Shown here one piece after another: positions 43,360 through 57,636 of a stretch of 64,000 bases of DNA. Origin of the DNA: the human T2T-CHM13v2.0 reference genome, Homo sapiens. Made by a program: the position numbers and the translations under genes. Each line of letters opens with the position of its first letter. Within the stretch, counting starts at the first letter, position 1. The stretch is from NCBI RefSeq assembly GCF_009914755.1, contig NC_060926.1. One strand, given 5' to 3'. Below the pieces are notes generated by a model that was given only the letters and a program-made list of their open reading frames with translations, was not told where the DNA came from and ran no database searches.

Positions 43360-45170
43360 TTAGATAAAGAGGCCTAGAAAAGAGGAACAGAGACACAAAA
43401 AGCAAAAGCAAAATGAACACAAAAACCAGATGGGACAGATAGTAAGCTAGTAGCAAGATGATAGACTTAAATTGGTCAATTATTACATCAAAAATTAATA
43501 AATTAACATTTCAATTAAAAGGTAGATATTAGTCTGAATAAAAAAGCCACATTTAACTATGGGCTATCTACAAGAGATGTAGAATAAACGTGAAGGTGCA
43601 GATAGGTAGAAAGTAAAAAACTGGAAAATAACAAACTGGGTACAGTGTACACTGCTGAAGTGATGAGTGCACCAAAATTCCAGAATCACCACTAAAGAAC
43701 TTATTCATGAAACCAGATATCACCTGTTCCCCAAAAACCTACTGAAAAAACAAAGAAATCATGCATATAGAAAGCAAATTATTGTGTCTATGTCAAATAG
43801 TGCTGACGCTAAGCCAAGGAGTATTACCACAACAAATGTGGGTCATTTAATAATGAGAAAAGAATTAATTTAATAGGAAAATACAGCAATATTAACTTTA
43901 TGCATCTAGTAACAGATTCTCAAAATATACAAAGCAAAAGTTGATAATTTAAAGGGAAAAATAGATGAATTCACAACCAGTTTAATATCTTATTGTTATA
44001 TGTAGGACAGGACAATCACACAAAACAATTTACAAGGAAAGATGATTTGGACAACGTTGGCTACAAACTGACATAATCAACTTTTGGAGAAAACTGCAAT
44101 CAACAGTGGCAGAATGCACATTCTTTTCAAGCGCACATGGAAGATGCACAATGCGGGAAAATAAAATGTGAATCTCAAAAATATCAGTTACTGAAATTTT
44201 ACAGAATACATTCTTTGATCACAAAAGAAACTAAAAGAAAAAGCAATAGCACATATGGCAGACATTCAAATATTTGGACATTAAGCCAGAAATTTCTAAC
44301 TAACTTACGAAACATACAAAAATCACCCAGGGATATAGAAATGATAATAAAAATGTAACATATCAAAATTTGGGGGAAGCTTATAAAGCATTTTGTAGAG
44401 AAAAATCATTTAAATGCCTATATTAGTAGAGAAAAAGGTTTAAAATCAATGATTCGAAGTTTCTACTCTAAAAAGCTAGGTAAAGAAGAATAAATTCAAT
44501 GTGAAATAAGTTGAACTAGGTCATAATACGCATAAGAACAGAAAGCAATGAAGTAACACAGGCACACCATTAACTAGGGCTGCTCTTTGAATGAATAAAT
44601 AAAATTAATCCCTAGTAAGCTCAATCAATAATAAAAAGAAATAAACACAAATTACAAATATCAAGAATTAAAGAGATATAACGATAGATATGAAAAGGAC
44701 AATAAAGGAATATAGTAAGAAAATTTGTGCCAAGAAATTTTAAAAATTAGAAAATGTAATACTTAGTAAAAATGAACAAAGCCTTAAAAATGCTATAAAG
44801 CTGAAACAAAAAATATATGAATATTCCTATATCTCTAAGAGAGATGGAATTTTTAATCAATAAATTTTACTCCAAAAAATTCTAGAAGGAGATTTTTTTA
44901 ATGCTGAATTCTACCAAATAATTTAAGGAAGAATAATATCTTATATAAACTCTTACAGAAATTTGAAAAGGGAAACATGCTTACCAACACACTTTATGAA
45001 GCTGATACAAACCTAATACAAACATCTCAATAAAGATGAGCGTGTGAAATTCAAGCAAATACAAAATGAATAAAAGCATCATGATCAAGTGTGTCTTATC
45101 TCAGAAATGCAAAATTGGTTCAACATTCAAAAATAATATAATATATCACATTAATGCAATTAAATAAAAA
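43360..45170 (+). mobile_element. Old L1M ORF2 5' (endonuclease) region, degenerate
   Basis: A-rich sense L1 motifs: 'ctatctacaagaga', 'gcagaatgcacattcttttcaagcgcacatgg', 'taaatgcctatattag' and 'gaattctaccaaataatttaaggaagaa'. Confidence 0.8.
43631..43757 (+). mobile_element. Short L1PB 3'-end insertion inside the older L1
   Basis: 'gggtacagtgtacactgctgaagtgatgagtgcaccaaaattccagaatcaccactaaagaacttattcatg..cacctgttccccaaaaacctactgaaaaaa' is an L1PB terminus. Confidence 0.85.
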
Positions 45171-45307
45171 GTTGGTGTAATTCTTTTGGCCTTATAAATT
45201 TCTCTCTTGAAATTAATCCTGTTTTATAAAACTTCATTTTGTATTCATTTTGATACAGTTTTTATACTTTTTTAATACCTGGAGTCAATATGTTTTGTAG
45301 ATATTAA

Positions 45308-45686
<379 letters not shown>

Positions 45687-48637
45687 TCCTTTATTTTTAA
45701 TAGAATAAATATTTGATATTAACTCTGAAAATTTTGTCCTATATTTTCTATTTTAATACTTCCTTTGTGTTCATCCTTGTCCCATTGAGTGTTTTGTGTT
45801 AGTGTGTTCCTTTTAAGAACTTACATGTTTTGTGTTTGGTATCCTGTTGCTTTTGTAGATCAGTCAAGTTGCATTTGCAGAAAACGGAAACCACCCTGGG
45901 AAAGGATAAGTGGTTCTAATATAGAGAACTAAGTGCTGAAAAAAATGGGCTACAGGAATATTCTCTAGTCTGTGTCTTCAGGAATTACTTCTGGAACTGC
46001 ACCTTAACACTGGCTGACCAAGGACAAACTGGCTACTATAAAAGGAAAGTGGGTGGTGAGGACCAACCACAGGAAGTGGTAACTGCAAGTGCACTCTGTC
46101 ATCACCGTGATGCAAGGATCAGGAAGCCCTCTAGTGATAACTGCCCATGCACATATAAGAAGGGAGGAAGGGACACTGCTCAGAAGACGCCAGCATCTCC
46201 ACAAGACCATTCTTGCCAGCAACAACTTCCAAAAGTATAGAAAACTGCATTGTAATCAGATTCCATTTTCCAAATCTTGAAAGAGGGCATCTAATTAGTA
46301 GACCAAGATTCACAGAATTCAAGGAAACATAGTTTGCAGCTTCCTTCTGTACCAGAAAGCACAGAGAAATAGAATGAGTAGTGCTTACAGGGACAGCTCA
46401 TGGGTTGCTTTCTAATTGGAAATTTACTAATCTTTACAGGTGAATATTTTTTAAAGATCCCTCATTTTAATTTGCATGATTCCTCTGGAGCCATCACTAT
46501 ACTTTTGGCCAAAATTATTTATCTGATTCAGTTGTCCAGAGGGTTCACTACAAGTACATTTTCACACAAGGATTCTAGCCTGAATTTATTTAACTGACAT
46601 TTCAAACTATGTACTTCATGATATTCCACCAACATATTTCAAAGCTATTGTTAGGTATAACATTTTACCTGTTATTTCATGGGAAAGGTACACACACCCC
46701 ATATATCTTTTCTCTTCATTATCACCTTAATTTTATTTAAGAAATTTTTAATCTACATGGTTTGAATTATCTCCTTTGTTAAGACAAGGTAACTCAATTA
46801 CAAGAAACAGAAAGTTCCCCATATGATACTGGGCAGATATAGGTTATTAAAACTGGTACTAGCAGGAAAGGGAGTGTAAGTACTTTGCATATAATCACGT
46901 ACAATTTGGAGAAAGTGTTCTTAAAGCCCTTGGTTCAGTGGGGACCTGGGAAAAAATAGTGGACTCTTGACTGTCAGTTCAGTAGCATAATGAGTCTAAG
47001 CACATTCTGAGTGCTAGTTCTTAAAAAGAAATAAAAAGCAAGAAAACTTTGCTTCAGGTGATCCTAAAATGTAGCAAAGGAACTCTGCAGCACTTCTGGG
47101 AAAATTGCTGATTGGCATGAAAAAGAATTAAGTGCTTTTCTCATACCTGCATGCAATTTTAACTGTTCTATGAAGCTTAAATGCTGTTCAAAATGCCTCG
47201 AAGAGAATCAGGGAAGTTTTGTGCAAGCAAGAAAAGATTCTATGAAGCTGAAGAGAAAGCTGCTATTTTGCATTGCCCTAGTGTTTGTTTTAAAATCTAT
47301 AAATTTGGGGAAAAATAAGTAGAAAGCATCAATAAGTAGAATAAATCAATAGTCTATAATTTCGATTGCATTTTACAATGGAATCAATACTTCTGCTTTC
47401 AGTAAATAGAAAACTCCTGATCATAACCCTTTCTTTGGAGTGTTCTGTAAACTATGCAATGCTTAGTTAGCATGCATTTGTTTTTCTCTACAAAAGCCTG
47501 ATGACAATTATGTGTTTTATGCCCTCTCAAAAATTAAGCAAAAATTAAATATCTACCCAAAATATTTTATTTTAGAATTGTTTAATCTTTACATCTCAGT
47601 AAGTGTTGACTATATCTATGCATTAAATTGTCTTAAGAACAATAATATTTCTGCCTATTTCAAATACTATACAATTGAGCCTGCCACAAGAACTGTTATT
47701 GGCCAGAAAGAAAATAAGATTCACGATAAATACATGAATAAAGGCAGCATCATAATTTCTATTCCATTATAGACAGACTGAGTCAGTGACAAGAGGAGCT
47801 AAAGTACAAAATGTGGTCAGCTGGCCCAGCTAGCTTAAAACCTAGTTGTTTTTCTTTGCTTGAATGGTCAAGATCTCTTATGACAAATTTTGAATTACAA
47901 GAGAATGTTCAGTGTTACCAGTCTTATTTGTTATTTATTAAGTTCTTTGAATAGATTTTTTTAAAAGTTGACTGGTGTGAGTCTCAAAGAAACCTGAGGG
48001 ATAGTTTAGGGTACATGTAGGAAGGTATTGAAAAGATTTTTACTGAATGAAGGATAGATTGGGATGTTGGAATGAGGAAGCAGAAGTACAAATTCCAGGG
48101 AGGATTACATTCTAGTAAAATGTCAGTTTCCAAAGGTCAGTGCCATCCAGTCTTTCCATGAGCCATTTTCTGTGCAATAAGCATGACTCCTGGGCATGAT
48201 AGGATAGAGTTTTATAAGATTTCCTTTCTCTCATGCATCATATTTAAAGTTTCTTTTCTAAAAGGGAAGAAAGGTGCGTATCTGTGCCACAAGGAGTGGC
48301 TGACTCCAGCACAGTAACCTCAAGGGTAGCACCTTCAATGTTGATGAGGTTGGACTTAGCTGCTGGTTCTGGAAAGACAAAAGTGGACTAGAGGCTGTTG
48401 ATAAGTTGGCTACTCCTCCCTTGTTTTTAGTTTCATTTCAGGTCAAGAAGTAGCCATTGGTCACCACGTCTGTAACATGCACTGTGCTGTGTGTTGGGCG
48501 TACAAAGAAGGAGAATCTGCAGTCCTCTTCCTAAAGGAGTGCATAGTGATTTCAGTCCCAGGCGGTAAAGGCAGAGAAGTTTGCTCAGGGCTATAGGGAA
48601 GGTCAGAGACAATCCTCTGGCTCACCTGAGAGGTTCA

Positions 48638-49024
<387 letters not shown>

Positions 49025-49509
49025 TCAGTAAAATTAGTAAGAAATAGCATCAATAGAAAACAGGTTTTACAAGCAACTTGGTATAACTAAATTTAAAAAT
49101 GTAAGGTGAGAAATGTAGGTGACAAAGGCCAAGTCTTTGGTAGCAAGCTATTTACAGTATTTTATCTACAAATTGTTCCAACATGTCACGTTTGCTACTT
49201 TATTGAAATGTTTGATTGCATAACATGGAGAATGTGCAGTGTGAGATGATGCCATATTTTCACTCTCTAAGACCTCGGAAGACTAAGCAGCTTTAATCAC
49301 CTAGAGTTTCAGTCATTTCAGTGAATATTCATAGAAATAGAGGTGACCAACCAGCAGCGAGCTCAAGTGGCTGCATCTACAGAGTGGGTTAGGAATGTGG
49401 TGAGGTGTTTGGCAGTGGAGCGGTAGGCAGTGTGGGCAATGCTGTCTGAAAGGTTATCTCTCTAGTCTCCATGGGGATACATGAAAAACTAAAATATAGA
49501 TAATAACAT

Positions 49510-49695
49510 TCATTCATTCATTTATTTATTCCTTTTTTAGAGACGGGGTCTTGCTATGTTGCCCAGAATGGAATGCAGTGTCTCTTCACCGGCACCATCC
49601 TGGCATGCTATAGCCTCAAACTCCTGGGCTCAAGCATCATCCTGCCTCAGCCTCCCAATTAGCTGGGACTACAGGTGTGCATCACTGTGCAGAGC
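49510..49695 (-). mobile_element. FAM (fossil Alu monomer)
   Basis: A monomer that retains the 7SL-derived 'tgcagtgtctcttcaccggc' segment, which dimeric Alus lack. Candidate TSD TAATAA(CA/TG)T. Confidence 0.85.
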
Positions 49696-51022
49696 TAATA
49701 ATGTCCTTTCTGTATGAATTATCGAGACTCAAGAAAGCACTTTGATAGGGGAAGTGAATACACTGGGGACAATTAGTGGGTGGATGTGTCTGAAGTGAGA
49801 GTAAGGCTCTCTTCAGCTGCAGCATGAAAATAAGGTGACCAGTTGAGGTCCTGGTTTTCCAGCTGAGCTCTCAATCTCGTCTCACAAGACTGATAAAAAC
49901 GATATCTTTAGTTTTCCAGGACTGGCTAGAAACAATGCAGGGATATTATCAACATCTCGTTATTTTGTTCTCATAATTATTTGATTAATGATAATGACTC
50001 AGCTGCTTTGTAATACTATGTATGTCTTTTATTAGCCTTATAACTTCCCTTAACAGTATAGGGACCTTGATTTCTTAGTTTTGCCAAGAGAGCAATAAAC
50101 TCACAGTCAAGTTACTTTTTTAGAATGTGTATAGTTCCCAGGTGAAGGGAATTTCAGTTCACTTAGATATCCTTTAATTTTCACATTCATTCCAGCCTCA
50201 TTTCTACTCTGCATATGTCTCCAGTATATTTTTGCTCATGACACAGAAATATCAGTTCCATTCTTTGCTGGAATTAACAAACAGCAAAATATCTCACCTG
50301 CTGGACAGAATGCATTGATCTGCTATTGTCTATCTGTCCTAGAACCTCTTGTAGCACCATTGTTTAACACATTCTTGGATTCATATTTAGAGCATCAGGC
50401 TAATTCATGTTTGCTGATTTGCATATGAAGGCTAGATGTTAAAGTAGAATTTAAAATATTTGGTTATATCTACTGTTTTTACCCTCTCTAATTTAGTAGA
50501 ACGTTTCTGGATGTCATATTGTGTGGTTTAGTTAACTATTATGCACCAATTATACTAATGTTTAAATAATAGTTTAACATATTTTTAACAATGTTTAACT
50601 TATTATTTGTAGTATATAACCAGGAGAAAGTCTTCAGTTATACAGTAATTTATCTTTCTTTCATAAAGCTAAAAAGATGTTAATTTGCATGATTTTAGCT
50701 GAGTTTTCAGTGTGGACTTTGCTTCTGAATTGTGTCCAAGGCTCTGAGTCGGTTTTAAGACCTTACATCTGCATGGTGCTTTGCCGTTTAAGAAGGAATT
50801 CCACATTAATCTTCAGCTCTGATTATTCAAGTTCATCCCGGTTCCTGTTACAGTCACTGCTTGAATAAATGAATGAACCAAAACCAGAATTGACTTTGGT
50901 TTTCCTAACATTGTGAGTTTGTTGGAACAGATATCATTATTATGGAATAATGTGATTTTGTAATATTATATAATATAATTATTGTATTTTTCAGATAAAA
51001 CAGCTGCTAAAATTTATTTGTA

Positions 51023-51519
51023 CAGCTGACCTTGGAATAACACAGGTCTTAACTGCATGGATCTATGTATGCATGGATTTTTTTTTCAATAAAATTACAC
51101 TAACTGTGCCTGCCTCTCCCGCTTCCCCTTCCACCTCCTTCATCCTTTCTTCCTCTGTCACCTCTGAGATAACAAGGCCAACCCCTCCCCTTTCTCTTTC
51201 TCTTCATTTGAAGACAAGGAAGTTGAAGACTTTTATGAGGATCTGCTTTCACTTAATGAATAGTAAATATATTTTCTCTTCCTTTTGATTTTCTTAATGA
51301 CGTTTTCTTTTTTCTAGCTTACTTGATGGTAAGATAAAGTCTATAATACATATAACATACAAGATCTATGTTAATCGACTGTTTTTGTTATTCCCAAAGC
51401 TTCTGGTCAACAGTAAGCTATTAGTAGTTAAGTTTTGGGGGAGTCAAAAAGTTACACATGGATTTTCTACTGTGCGGGGTTCGGCACCCCTAATTCTTGC
51501 ATTGTTCAAGAATCAGTTG
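51023..51519. mobile_element. Tigger2a-like DNA transposon
   Basis: TA-CAGCTGACCTTGGAA...TTCAAGAATCAGTTG-TA imperfect TIRs. Internal 'ggtcaacagtaagctattagtagttaagttttgggggagtcaaaaagtt'. Confidence 0.9.
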
Positions 51520-51534
51520 TATTACACTTTCTAG

Positions 51535-51740
51535 TTACAATGCATTTAACATCTTGTGCTATTTAAAACAACCCTGTCAGGCAGGAGGAGAAAAATGATT
51601 ATCTCTGTCTAGCAGATAAGAAAAGTGAAATTCAAAGGTCAATGACCATCTCCAAATCACAGTGCAACAGCATTGCTAAGACCTGAATTCAGTCTGTTTC
51701 ATCATAGTTCGCTGCTCTTTTAAAAATTCCACCGTGCCTC
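51535..51740 (-). mobile_element. MIR fragment
   Basis: 'acaaccctgtcaggcagg..attatctctgtctagcagataagaaaagtgaaattcaaagg..aaatcacag'. Confidence 0.55.
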
Positions 51741-52859
51741 TTAGGGCATATTAATCACCATGTGTGGGAGTGGGTGGGGGCTGTCAGAGGGGCAGCATCT
51801 GGAGTTTTACCTGGTCAGGACAGAAGTCCTCCTCCCTGCTGGAATGATGAGCCTCTGTGCTTTGTTCCTTCTCTGCAGTGTGGCCAAAGTGATGGGCTTT
51901 TACAAAAGGGCACCATGGGGCATTTTCGGGGTAGCTTGGGATGGTGATTGGGAGTAGCTCACATGACACATGTTAGGATGTTGCCAAACTCATTTTGGCA
52001 AGGCTATTTGATAGTAAAAGGATATAACGCTAGCAGCCTCTGTTGTCCAACACCAGGGAGATAATTCTTCTGTTCTTATCCAGCATGGTGCCAAGCTCTA
52101 CGGGAACAAAATGGAAGAAGGAGGAGGCAGAAAACGAAGCCCTCAGGTCCCTTAGGTTCAGGAATGCACACAATTAATGCCTTCCTTGACCCTTAGGAAA
52201 GCCAGAGCGCTAAGCATTGGGAATATTTTACATTAACAAAACCATATTTGTTTAACCAGTATCCTGTCCTTTTTTATTGCCACATCCTGGGGAATTTTTG
52301 AATTTATTCAAAAAATGTCCTGCAATGTTAGTACTGAATCTAATGGCTGGGCTGCATTGCTTCCTGTTACTCTCCATCTGGCCGTTTGTACTAACACAAC
52401 ACTTAGGGGAATACTTTCTATGTAGATGTCAATGCCCTGGCACAAAGGAGAGACTTGAGACACTGGACATAACTTTGTAAAAACTATCTCGAAGAATTAG
52501 AATATTGAAACATGAGACATCTGACTGGAAATACATACTGGATGTCACAAAATTAATTAGCTTATTTAAAATAATGATATTGCCCTTTTTCTTTTGTTTT
52601 GCAGTTTATAAAAATGTCACCTAATTATTACTAAATGTTAGATTAATATAGTTAGTTTAAAATGTGGGTTTTTCATCGTTAGACCTGAAGTGTTAAGCAA
52701 CATAAATGAAGTGGTTGACTTTGTGACACTTACTTCTGATAAAGAAGGCAAATATCTCTCCTAACTTTTTTGCTTTATGAGTAGAAACAAGAGCACCAGA
52801 TTTAAGGCTTCAAGGATTTCAGATAATTGCAAGTTGAGACATATAATATAGAAATACTA

Positions 52860-53078
52860 TGTCAGAAATCCATGTAAAAGAATGGAGCCACATCAATTAG
52901 CAAGCAATAAAATACTTTTAAACATAAGCAGGCAGATTTGGAAAAGAACCAATGAGAACTTTCAGAAAAGGAAAATACAATTGGTCAAACAAGCAAAATC
53001 AGTGGGTGGTTTAAACAGCAGATTTGACATGACTATAGAGAGAATTAGTGAATTGTTGAAAAAGGACAAAGAGATATA
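52860..53078 (+). mobile_element. Old L1/HAL1 ORF1 fragment
   Basis: 'cagatttggaaaagaaccaa..ggtttaaacagcagatttgac..gagagaattagtgaattg'. The translation GLNSRFDMTIERISEL resembles the L1 ORF1p coiled coil. Confidence 0.7.
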
Positions 53079-54717
53079 AAAAAGTTACTATGGTGGATGC
53101 CCAGGGCTTAGTCTTACTAGAACCCCTCTGAGTAACTGTTGAATGTGCATTGAAATAATTTCTCAAAGGACTATAGGCAGGAAGCTTTACCCACTGGTTT
53201 TCATTCTCCATTATTTAAAAGTCACTTTCCAGTGTTAACCCCCCTGTGTCTCTAGGCTGTGCAGAGAGAATCTAGAGCTTTGAGCTTGAGGTGGGTGCCA
53301 ATGGCCTGCAGGGAGCTGTCCATGGGTCCGATGGGCCAAAGGATTATGGCGTGGGAAGTCAGCCTGATGCAGACTGAAGAAGAATCACCGGAAACAATAA
53401 AAGTTAATGATACAGGTGCCTTGGCTGCATCTCAGGCTTAGAGACTCAGAATCTTTGTAAAGGTGACTTAGGAATCCACATTTTTAAAAAGCAAACCTCC
53501 AGTGTGTTTTATCATATTCACTAAAGTTTGAGAAATGTCCTGATGTCCTTTATCTGCAGTACACAGAATTTAAAATTGAAGTATTTCTTCTCAATTTTAG
53601 CTTGCCTCAAAATATTGCTATAGTGATAGCCTTGGGGAAAAATACCATATTACTATTTATTTTGACCAAAAGAAAAAAATAAGAAGAGCTTTTATGACTT
53701 CAGGACCTGAGTTCCAGTAAGAATTTCTAATTATGCTCCTTCCCCACCTTAATCCTTTTGGATTGCAATAGGATGGGAAACAAGTAAGTTGGAAAGTGTT
53801 ACATTATTATTTTAAAATAGGGAAAATGTCCTCACATTTATTTTGACTTTTCTGATCCACTTTACCATTTACACACTTATATTTATATCCAGTGTCGTAA
53901 CATCCTATACCAACCTCAATATTTCAGAAAACGTGAAACTACCTAGAATTATTTATTTTTTGGTAAAAACTTTCAATCAAATGTAACAGCTTCTTCTCTA
54001 CCTGCTTTCTCTGCAGGCAACTGGTTTTAGTGATTCCTTTCTTCTTCTGCCACTTTGTCAGAATACCCTGGGGTGTTCAGCCTCTTAGCTCATGGAAACC
54101 TCATCTCTTCTACCCAAAGACAATTGAACCTAGAGATATATGACATAAGAGAAACCAAGCATTGCTCCCATCAAATGTATTATATACACTGTTTACACAC
54201 AGGGGCCTTTTCTAGCTTACTAAATCCTACCTCAATTGCCTTGTTTCCATTGCTCTGAGACAAGAAATAAAGACAAACTGATGTGGTATTTCATGTCTCA
54301 ATCCAGACATAGCTTGAAAGAGGTTCTCTGTATATGCCCACCTATGGCTCCTTACCTGTGGCTGAGTCCCTACATCCTTCCACAGGACCCAATGTCCTCT
54401 TTAATTGAACCTCTGCCAATTTCCTCTTGTGTTCTATAGCCCTTGTCTTTTGATGACCTTCCTTTGGATTCAGTGTTTGTGGTGAAAACTTCCAGTTTAA
54501 AATCTTGTTAGTACAGAAAATGTTACAATGATTAATGATGTCTTCTTAAAAAAAAAGATAACTTCTCAAATGCCTTCCAAAGAGGTACTTTCTTTATGAA
54601 AAAGAACATTTTATCTCTGAATTATTTTAATTATGTTCTGCTGACAGAAAACATTATGCAGGAGGCCATCATTCCAGAGGGCTCCTCACAGTGGATGTTT
54701 GTATAAACACAGTTATA

Positions 54718-54871
54718 CCTTTCCTCTTCCTTTCTTCCCTCTTCCCTCCCCTCGCTCCTCCCATCTTTCCCTCTTTCTTTTCCTCCATTCATTCTTTCTT
54801 CTCCCTGTATGTTTCCTTTTTCTTTCTTTCACTCTTTCTCTTTTACCTTTTTCTTTTTTTTTTTTTTTTTT
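54718..54871. repeat. CT-rich low-complexity tract ending in poly-T
   Basis: Near-pure pyrimidine run. Confidence 0.88.
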
Positions 54872-55278
54872 GGCATTTCTTTTACTTTTGAGAACTCTCT
54901 GCTAAGGGCTAACTCAGGTAAAATATTAATAGATGTCAAGATGTTTGAAAAAACCAAGTTGGTAATTATAGGGGAAAGGTATGCAGCATAACACAGGGCA
55001 ATGACACTGTGCCAAGCTAAGAATAAGGCTAGCAAACTATAGATGACGTGTGCATAGTGGGAGCTGTACTAAGTAAACCTAGCAGCGGTTAGAACAGGGA
55101 AATCTTCAGTAGTCTTTATATTTTGACTTCAAAGCAGCAATTTGGCTACTTAAATACTGCAAAAGATGGGATTTAGAAAGCTATAAAGGATAAATAATGT
55201 AGATAAATAAAAGGTAAATGATGTAGATACATCTCAATGTAGATAAATCTTGTGGCTTCTTTTATACCATAGATCTGT

Positions 55279-55403
55279 AGGCTGACCATATGTCCTGGCT
55301 CATGCAGGATGGCTCTTGTTTACACTTGTCTTAATTCAATAATAGTGGCTCCTTTTATTCACAGCAGTGTTCTAGTTTGGATGGTAAGGTATACGTTCAC
55401 ATA
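55279..55403 (-). mobile_element. MER94-like hAT MITE
   Basis: 'aggctgaccatatgtcctggc..gtttacacttgtc..aataatagtggctcctttt..agtgttctagtttggatggtaa' is the reverse complement of MER94. Confidence 0.65.
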
Positions 55404-57367
55404 ATATATCAGCAAAATGTTTCTGATAGGTATTTTTGAGTCATTTGAGAGTTTTGGGCAGTCTTGGGCTCATGCTTCCTTAACCTGTACATTTGTAGGT
55501 TGAAAAAAAGGATTTCAGGAATCTAATTATGCTTGAGGCTCTGCTTACATAGCATACAGCTGAAACAATGTCTCTCGATACACTGTAAAGTAATAGCCTA
55601 CACACTGTAAGCTGACAGACCAGAATAACTGTTGGAAACCTCTGGATGCAGGGGTAGTTTTGTCTAAGAAAAGCTATAGTGTTCTGTGAAAAGTGTCTGG
55701 ATGAAGTCATGGACAAAATAAGGTAATGAGTGGTGATTGCACAAACCAGATTCCTTGCCCTGATAAATAGAGAGAAAAAGTAATTTCGCATCATCAAACT
55801 CCAGCTGAACTTGCCAATATATAAACGTAGAAAATCAGCCGCCATTGTTAACCAAACTTATCCAAATGTGAAAGGGAGCAGGGAAAAGAGAAATTCAAGT
55901 AATTCAACAGTTCTGAGATCTATGAATAATAGGAATTAGAGAAATGGAAAAATTTAGCACAGTGTTAGGATAAGTGATTCATGCCTCCAGAGTTCACATG
56001 CAGTATTATCATCATAAAAGAAATATGTGTAATTTTTATTAAAAAATAAAAGTATCTTATAAGCTTCAGAAAGAGAAATTTTAAGAAAAGGGATTTTCAG
56101 AAATTCAATCTTCATGGTTGTAAGAAAAATTAAAAGTTAGGGTCATGACCCACTTAAATGTTCAAAGTCATATTTGGTAAGTTCTTGTGTCAAAGAGTGC
56201 TTTCAGTCATCATTATGGAACGTGAGAACCTGGCAAGCTGCAGCCGAGAACATTGTCTTCTGTGTCATAGTAAAGATGTTCAGTTTTAGACCCTGAGCTA
56301 ACATTCAGCTCAGAAGTCTCTCAGTGAGAGTTGGGAAAGAAAGAAAAACATTCTGAGAAGCTTAATGTCAGGCAGTATTATTTGTTATATTTTTAAGAAT
56401 CTGTGTGTGTGTACGACTATTTCTTTTCCCTGCTAAACACTGTACTCAACTGTGAGTAGCAATGAGAAATTTTGTGTTATCATCATAGTTGATACAGAAA
56501 ATTTAGTAACTACCATTAAGGGTATCAGAGGTAACTGCATCTGTCACTTACATGGATTTGGTAGCAATACTAGGAGAAAGAGACGGGTTCATTTTCACTT
56601 TACCAACTGATGTGGCAGTGTTCAATATAATCTTCTTTGATATATTCACCAGGAATCTTTGTCAACTGTATGAATGTGGTCCCTGACTCATTCTTGTTTG
56701 GAAAGGGGCTAAACAGCTAACATAATAATGTCAAAATTTGAACTATTTTTAAACCCCAGGACTGACTAAATATTACTCAGTCAAAAAAGAAATTTGTTTG
56801 AATTATTTGGCTTGGTATTTTAGACCATGAGTAATGTCGCAGCCTATTTCAAAATCTGCCTCTTGACATTGGCTATGCAGACCTATAAAGCCATAAAGGC
56901 TAAATCTTTCTTAATTGGACAAGCAACAGTGCCCTGCCCCCAAGCCAACACACTTAATGAAAAATGACTGGGATCATTTTTTGCAAGTATGGTAAAATAA
57001 ATCTGGATCAAACAAAATGTTCTGACTCTTTATTTTACTTAAGAATATTTGATGTTCTGCTCCACTGAAATAGTAGAAGGAAAATGAATTAGGAATTTCT
57101 AAAAAGCTATCTGAAAAAATTTACAACATTTTCTGCCATGAGTGTTACATCTTTGTTGGCAGACAGTGAACTCTCCAGATCATTGCTCTTGATTAGCAAT
57201 TTGTAGAGCTAAATCTGGGATTATGATGTAAAAACCACCAGATAAAGAAGAAAATGTGAAAACAGGTTTCTCTGTAACAGCTAAAGAATGCCACAAATTA
57301 ATTCTTTTTAAACACAAGCATGCTTCCACAAGAGTGTTTTCACTTGATTCTAGAAGGTGTTTTAGCA

Positions 57368-57636
57368 CAGTGCAGCTCAAAGTGTGGCCTATGGCCTGGT
57401 GCTGGTGTACAAACTGTCACCATTCTGAGACAAGATAAGCAAAAAAATGAGCCTAAGAAACTTTTACAGCCATTTAAATAACTGAGAGTAATTTTTCCAT
57501 CTGTTGAATCTACTAAATAAATGATGTTTTATTATATTTTTAATTTTTTCCAGAAATTTCATTTTTATATATTTTATATAAGTGAAAAGAAAATTTAAAT
57601 ACTGTCATTTCAGCATATGTAGCTTGAGAAACATTG
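57368..57636 (+). mobile_element. Charlie4-like (MER80) hAT element
   Basis: 'cagtgcagctcaaagtgtggcc..gagacaagataagc..agaaacttttacagc..atctgttgaatcta..ttgagaaacattg', followed by TTCTAGAA. Confidence 0.7.

Noticed and set aside
51981-52001. Perfect 8-bp inverted repeat TTGCCAAA-N5-TTTGGCAA
   Set aside because: The half-sites are in the wrong order for a canonical NFI site, and a hairpin this short is plausible by chance in 64 kb.
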